DNA of 64,000 nucleotides from Haliotis cracherodii (lineage: Eukaryota), in the NCBI RefSeq assembly GCF_022045235.1, contig NW_027266286.1, forward strand, positions 40,052,001 through 40,116,000. Reading direction: 5' to 3'. Below the pieces are notes generated by a model, which saw only the letters and a list, made by a program, of their open reading frames with translations, was not told the origin of the DNA and did not search any database. The position numbers and the translations under genes were made by a program. Below, in pieces: positions 61,620-64,000 of the stretch (the stretch's first letter is position 1; the number at the start of each line of letters is the position of its first letter).

Positions 61620-62210
61620 TTATTTTACGAGCATGTGTGTCATACTGATTTTACGAAACGAGTGTCAGAATTCTTGTATTTTCCGAGCGAGGGCGAGGGT
61701 AATACATGAATTCTTGCACGGGGTTCGTAAAATCAGTATGACACACATGCAAGTGTAATACAGCCAAACATTTCTTTGCAAACAAAGGTTGGTAAACTAA
61801 CAAAACGTTTGCCAACTTGAGTTTTCACATGACAAGTATGTGTTGTTCTTGGTGAGTTCAGCATGGCATGGAAAATCACGGCAGCGGGGTTATTGATGTC
61901 TGTCTTCCTTCGGGGGAAGGAGATGGGAGAAAGGAGATATGGGCACACCCCCATATTTCCAGAAATGTAACTTTGGGAGCCTATTAAACCATCATACAGG
62001 AACTGAGAAATGAAGGTGGACCTTCCTTTAGGAATTATCTGGGTATGGATGAAGCCTGTTTTGAAGTATTTATGTGTATAGTTTACATCATCCGGGGTCA
62101 TTGTTAACGTGATTCGAATCTTTCTCTCGCCCTGGAAATACAGGAATTCTGACACTCATTACGTTAAACCAGTATAACACACATGTGAATGTAATAATTT
62201 CTTTATTACT
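61620..62210. mobile_element. Foldback non-autonomous element: hairpin 61620-61760 plus a third copy of the arm at about 62120-62200
   Basis: GCATGTGTGTCATACTGATTTTACGAA / TTCGTAAAATCAGTATGACACACATGC; GAATTCTGACACTC..CAGTATAACACACATG further downstream. Confidence 0.65.
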
Positions 62211-62650
62211 CATTATTTCTTATCCTTTTCAACAATCTTCAGCTATGACGTCGTTTCTAGTGTGACGTCATTTCGACATTACGCCACAATTAGATTCGGA
62301 TGACGTGAACAATGCAGTCCGGATGACGTGAACAATACACTGGATCTCGTGAACTTATATTGCACCACTGCACATACGAGTTTTATTATCTCGATTACTT
62401 CGAAACCCATGGGTAATATTGTCACTCATCTTGAACACTTGAACTCAAGATGAAACAGAACCTGATGCACGGACCAGTCGTCAACACCGACATTCACTGG
62501 CTAGATTTTAGCATACTAGACTCTAGTAGTTGTGGGTTCAATTCCCAAATTCCCTCTGATTATGATCCTTGGTTAGTCAGCACCATCCCTTACTCGTCGG
62601 TTTCACCACTTTACAAGGCTGCGTGAAACTCAAGTCACTCACTCACTAGT

Positions 62651-62891
62651 GTTGTTTGTTTGTTGTTTAACGCCGCACTCAGCAATATTTAAGCTCTGGG
62701 ACAGTGGTCTCTAATCATTTAGCCTGGGCCAGACAATCCAATGGTTGACATCAAGAGCATCGATCGACGCAAATGGGATACCATGACCTGCATCAACCAA
62801 ATCAGCGAGCCTGACCATCCGATCCCGTTGGTCGCCTCTTATGACAAACATGGGTTGCTGAAGACCATTTCTAACCAGGCTCTTCGCGGGA
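62651..62891 (-). mobile_element. SINE-like family B
   Basis: Homologous to 56324-56588. Confidence 0.8.
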
Positions 62892-63315
62892 GTATTTGGA
62901 TGTACCCAAATTAGTCTTAGCAGTGAGTAGCTGTGTGTAACGCCAGCACAGAGTCCTGTATAATTAATGTACGTGTAGCTATTTCCATAGCCATTTGGAA
63001 CGATTGCGAGTCAATCACCATTAACACCGTAGTGGAAGTAACCATCCATGTATTCGTAGTCTACCGTGCATGTCGCGAACGGTCATCCGTACTTCCTGGT
63101 CTGCATGTAGTCGCCTGTGTATAGAATGTGATGTCTAACCAGTTGTCCGGAAAACACTATACATATGCCTGCATGGCCACACAACCAAAACTGTCGCTTG
63201 CTTTTGCATTAATAATCTTGAATGGGTATATATTTGAAGTCTTTGATAGGCGTTTAGAAGTCGGAGAATATGAATACATGACACTTTTATGGATAGCTAC
63301 TTCTTTTATTCCTGG

Positions 63316-63357
63316 TCACGACGTTTCAGAGTTACGTCTTGCTCCTTCATCAGGTGA
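63316..63357 (-). ncRNA. Minimal type I hammerhead ribozyme (Penelope-like-element type)
   Basis: Minus strand TCAC-CTGATGA-AGGAG-caagacgtaa-CTCT-GAAAC-GTC-GTGA: intact core, stem I TCAC/GTGA, stem II GGAG/CTCT, followed by AATAAA. Confidence 0.7.
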
Positions 63358-64000
63358 ATGCCGGGTAAGTGCATAGAGTTAATAAATATATATAAATCAT
63401 GATATGTTTACACAACACAAAGTGGGATGATTGTAAAAAGATAACTATATAATTATTGTAGCAGGGCAGTGAATGGGGAATATACACACACACGCTACGG
63501 ATGAGAGACGTTGTATTCCGCCAATGGATTATCTACATCCTGAAACGTATTAAAGGAATTATAAGTAATATTAACAATGTACATAATGCAGTCATCAATC
63601 ACATTAGTACAAAACGTTTTACACTACAAACAGATGTTATTCATATATTAGTTGTTACACAGTACAATAATCTGCTAACTGATGTAAGAACCAAATAGAA
63701 TAATTATTCATATATTATATTATCTAAGTGTAAAGCGATTATAAATCCCTTTCAAAATATATACATATACATGACTTTACGGGTGTGACACACTTATGTG
63801 TTACACAAATATAGAAACTGACTATACAAGTTATTGTGTGCCTACCCTGTGGGTGAGACTGGGGTGTCTTTCCGACAATAGTGCCGCAACGTTTTATTCC
63901 GGATATCTGAATAAAACATATACTTTTATAACAATGACTAATACAAACTATACTGTTTACATACACTTTAAAATATTACTCCGGATTCCGTATAGCACAG

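Overview
Eukaryotic, intron-rich and repeat-dense animal DNA. It is probably a marine mollusc or gastropod; that is an inference from the style of the SINE and transposon content and has not been verified. There are no prokaryotic operons or CRISPR arrays. Three host genes can be reconstructed with frame-consistent GT-AG splicing. (1) The 3' part of a + strand GPR158/GPR179-ectodomain-like gene (6 exons, 1602-6211) has tandem Cache/EGF-like modules, a furin-site-rich linker and a GPI-signal-like tail instead of a 7TM domain. (2) A complete - strand PRDM4-like PR/SET zinc-finger gene (CDS 45634-27910, about 1246 aa). (3) An uncharacterised + strand gene with a single coding exon (59018-60616). 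The rest is a decayed Gypsy LTR element with nested insertions; Tc1, mariner, DIRS, Helentron and LINE relics; several MITE and SINE families; and many minisatellites. The most striking observations are a 46-bp array that multiplies the PRDM4 zinc-knuckle exon's splice acceptor 35 times, with every upstream copy leading to an immediate in-frame stop; the 7TM-less, furin-cleavable GPR158-like protein; and an apparently intact minimal hammerhead ribozyme at 63316-63357.
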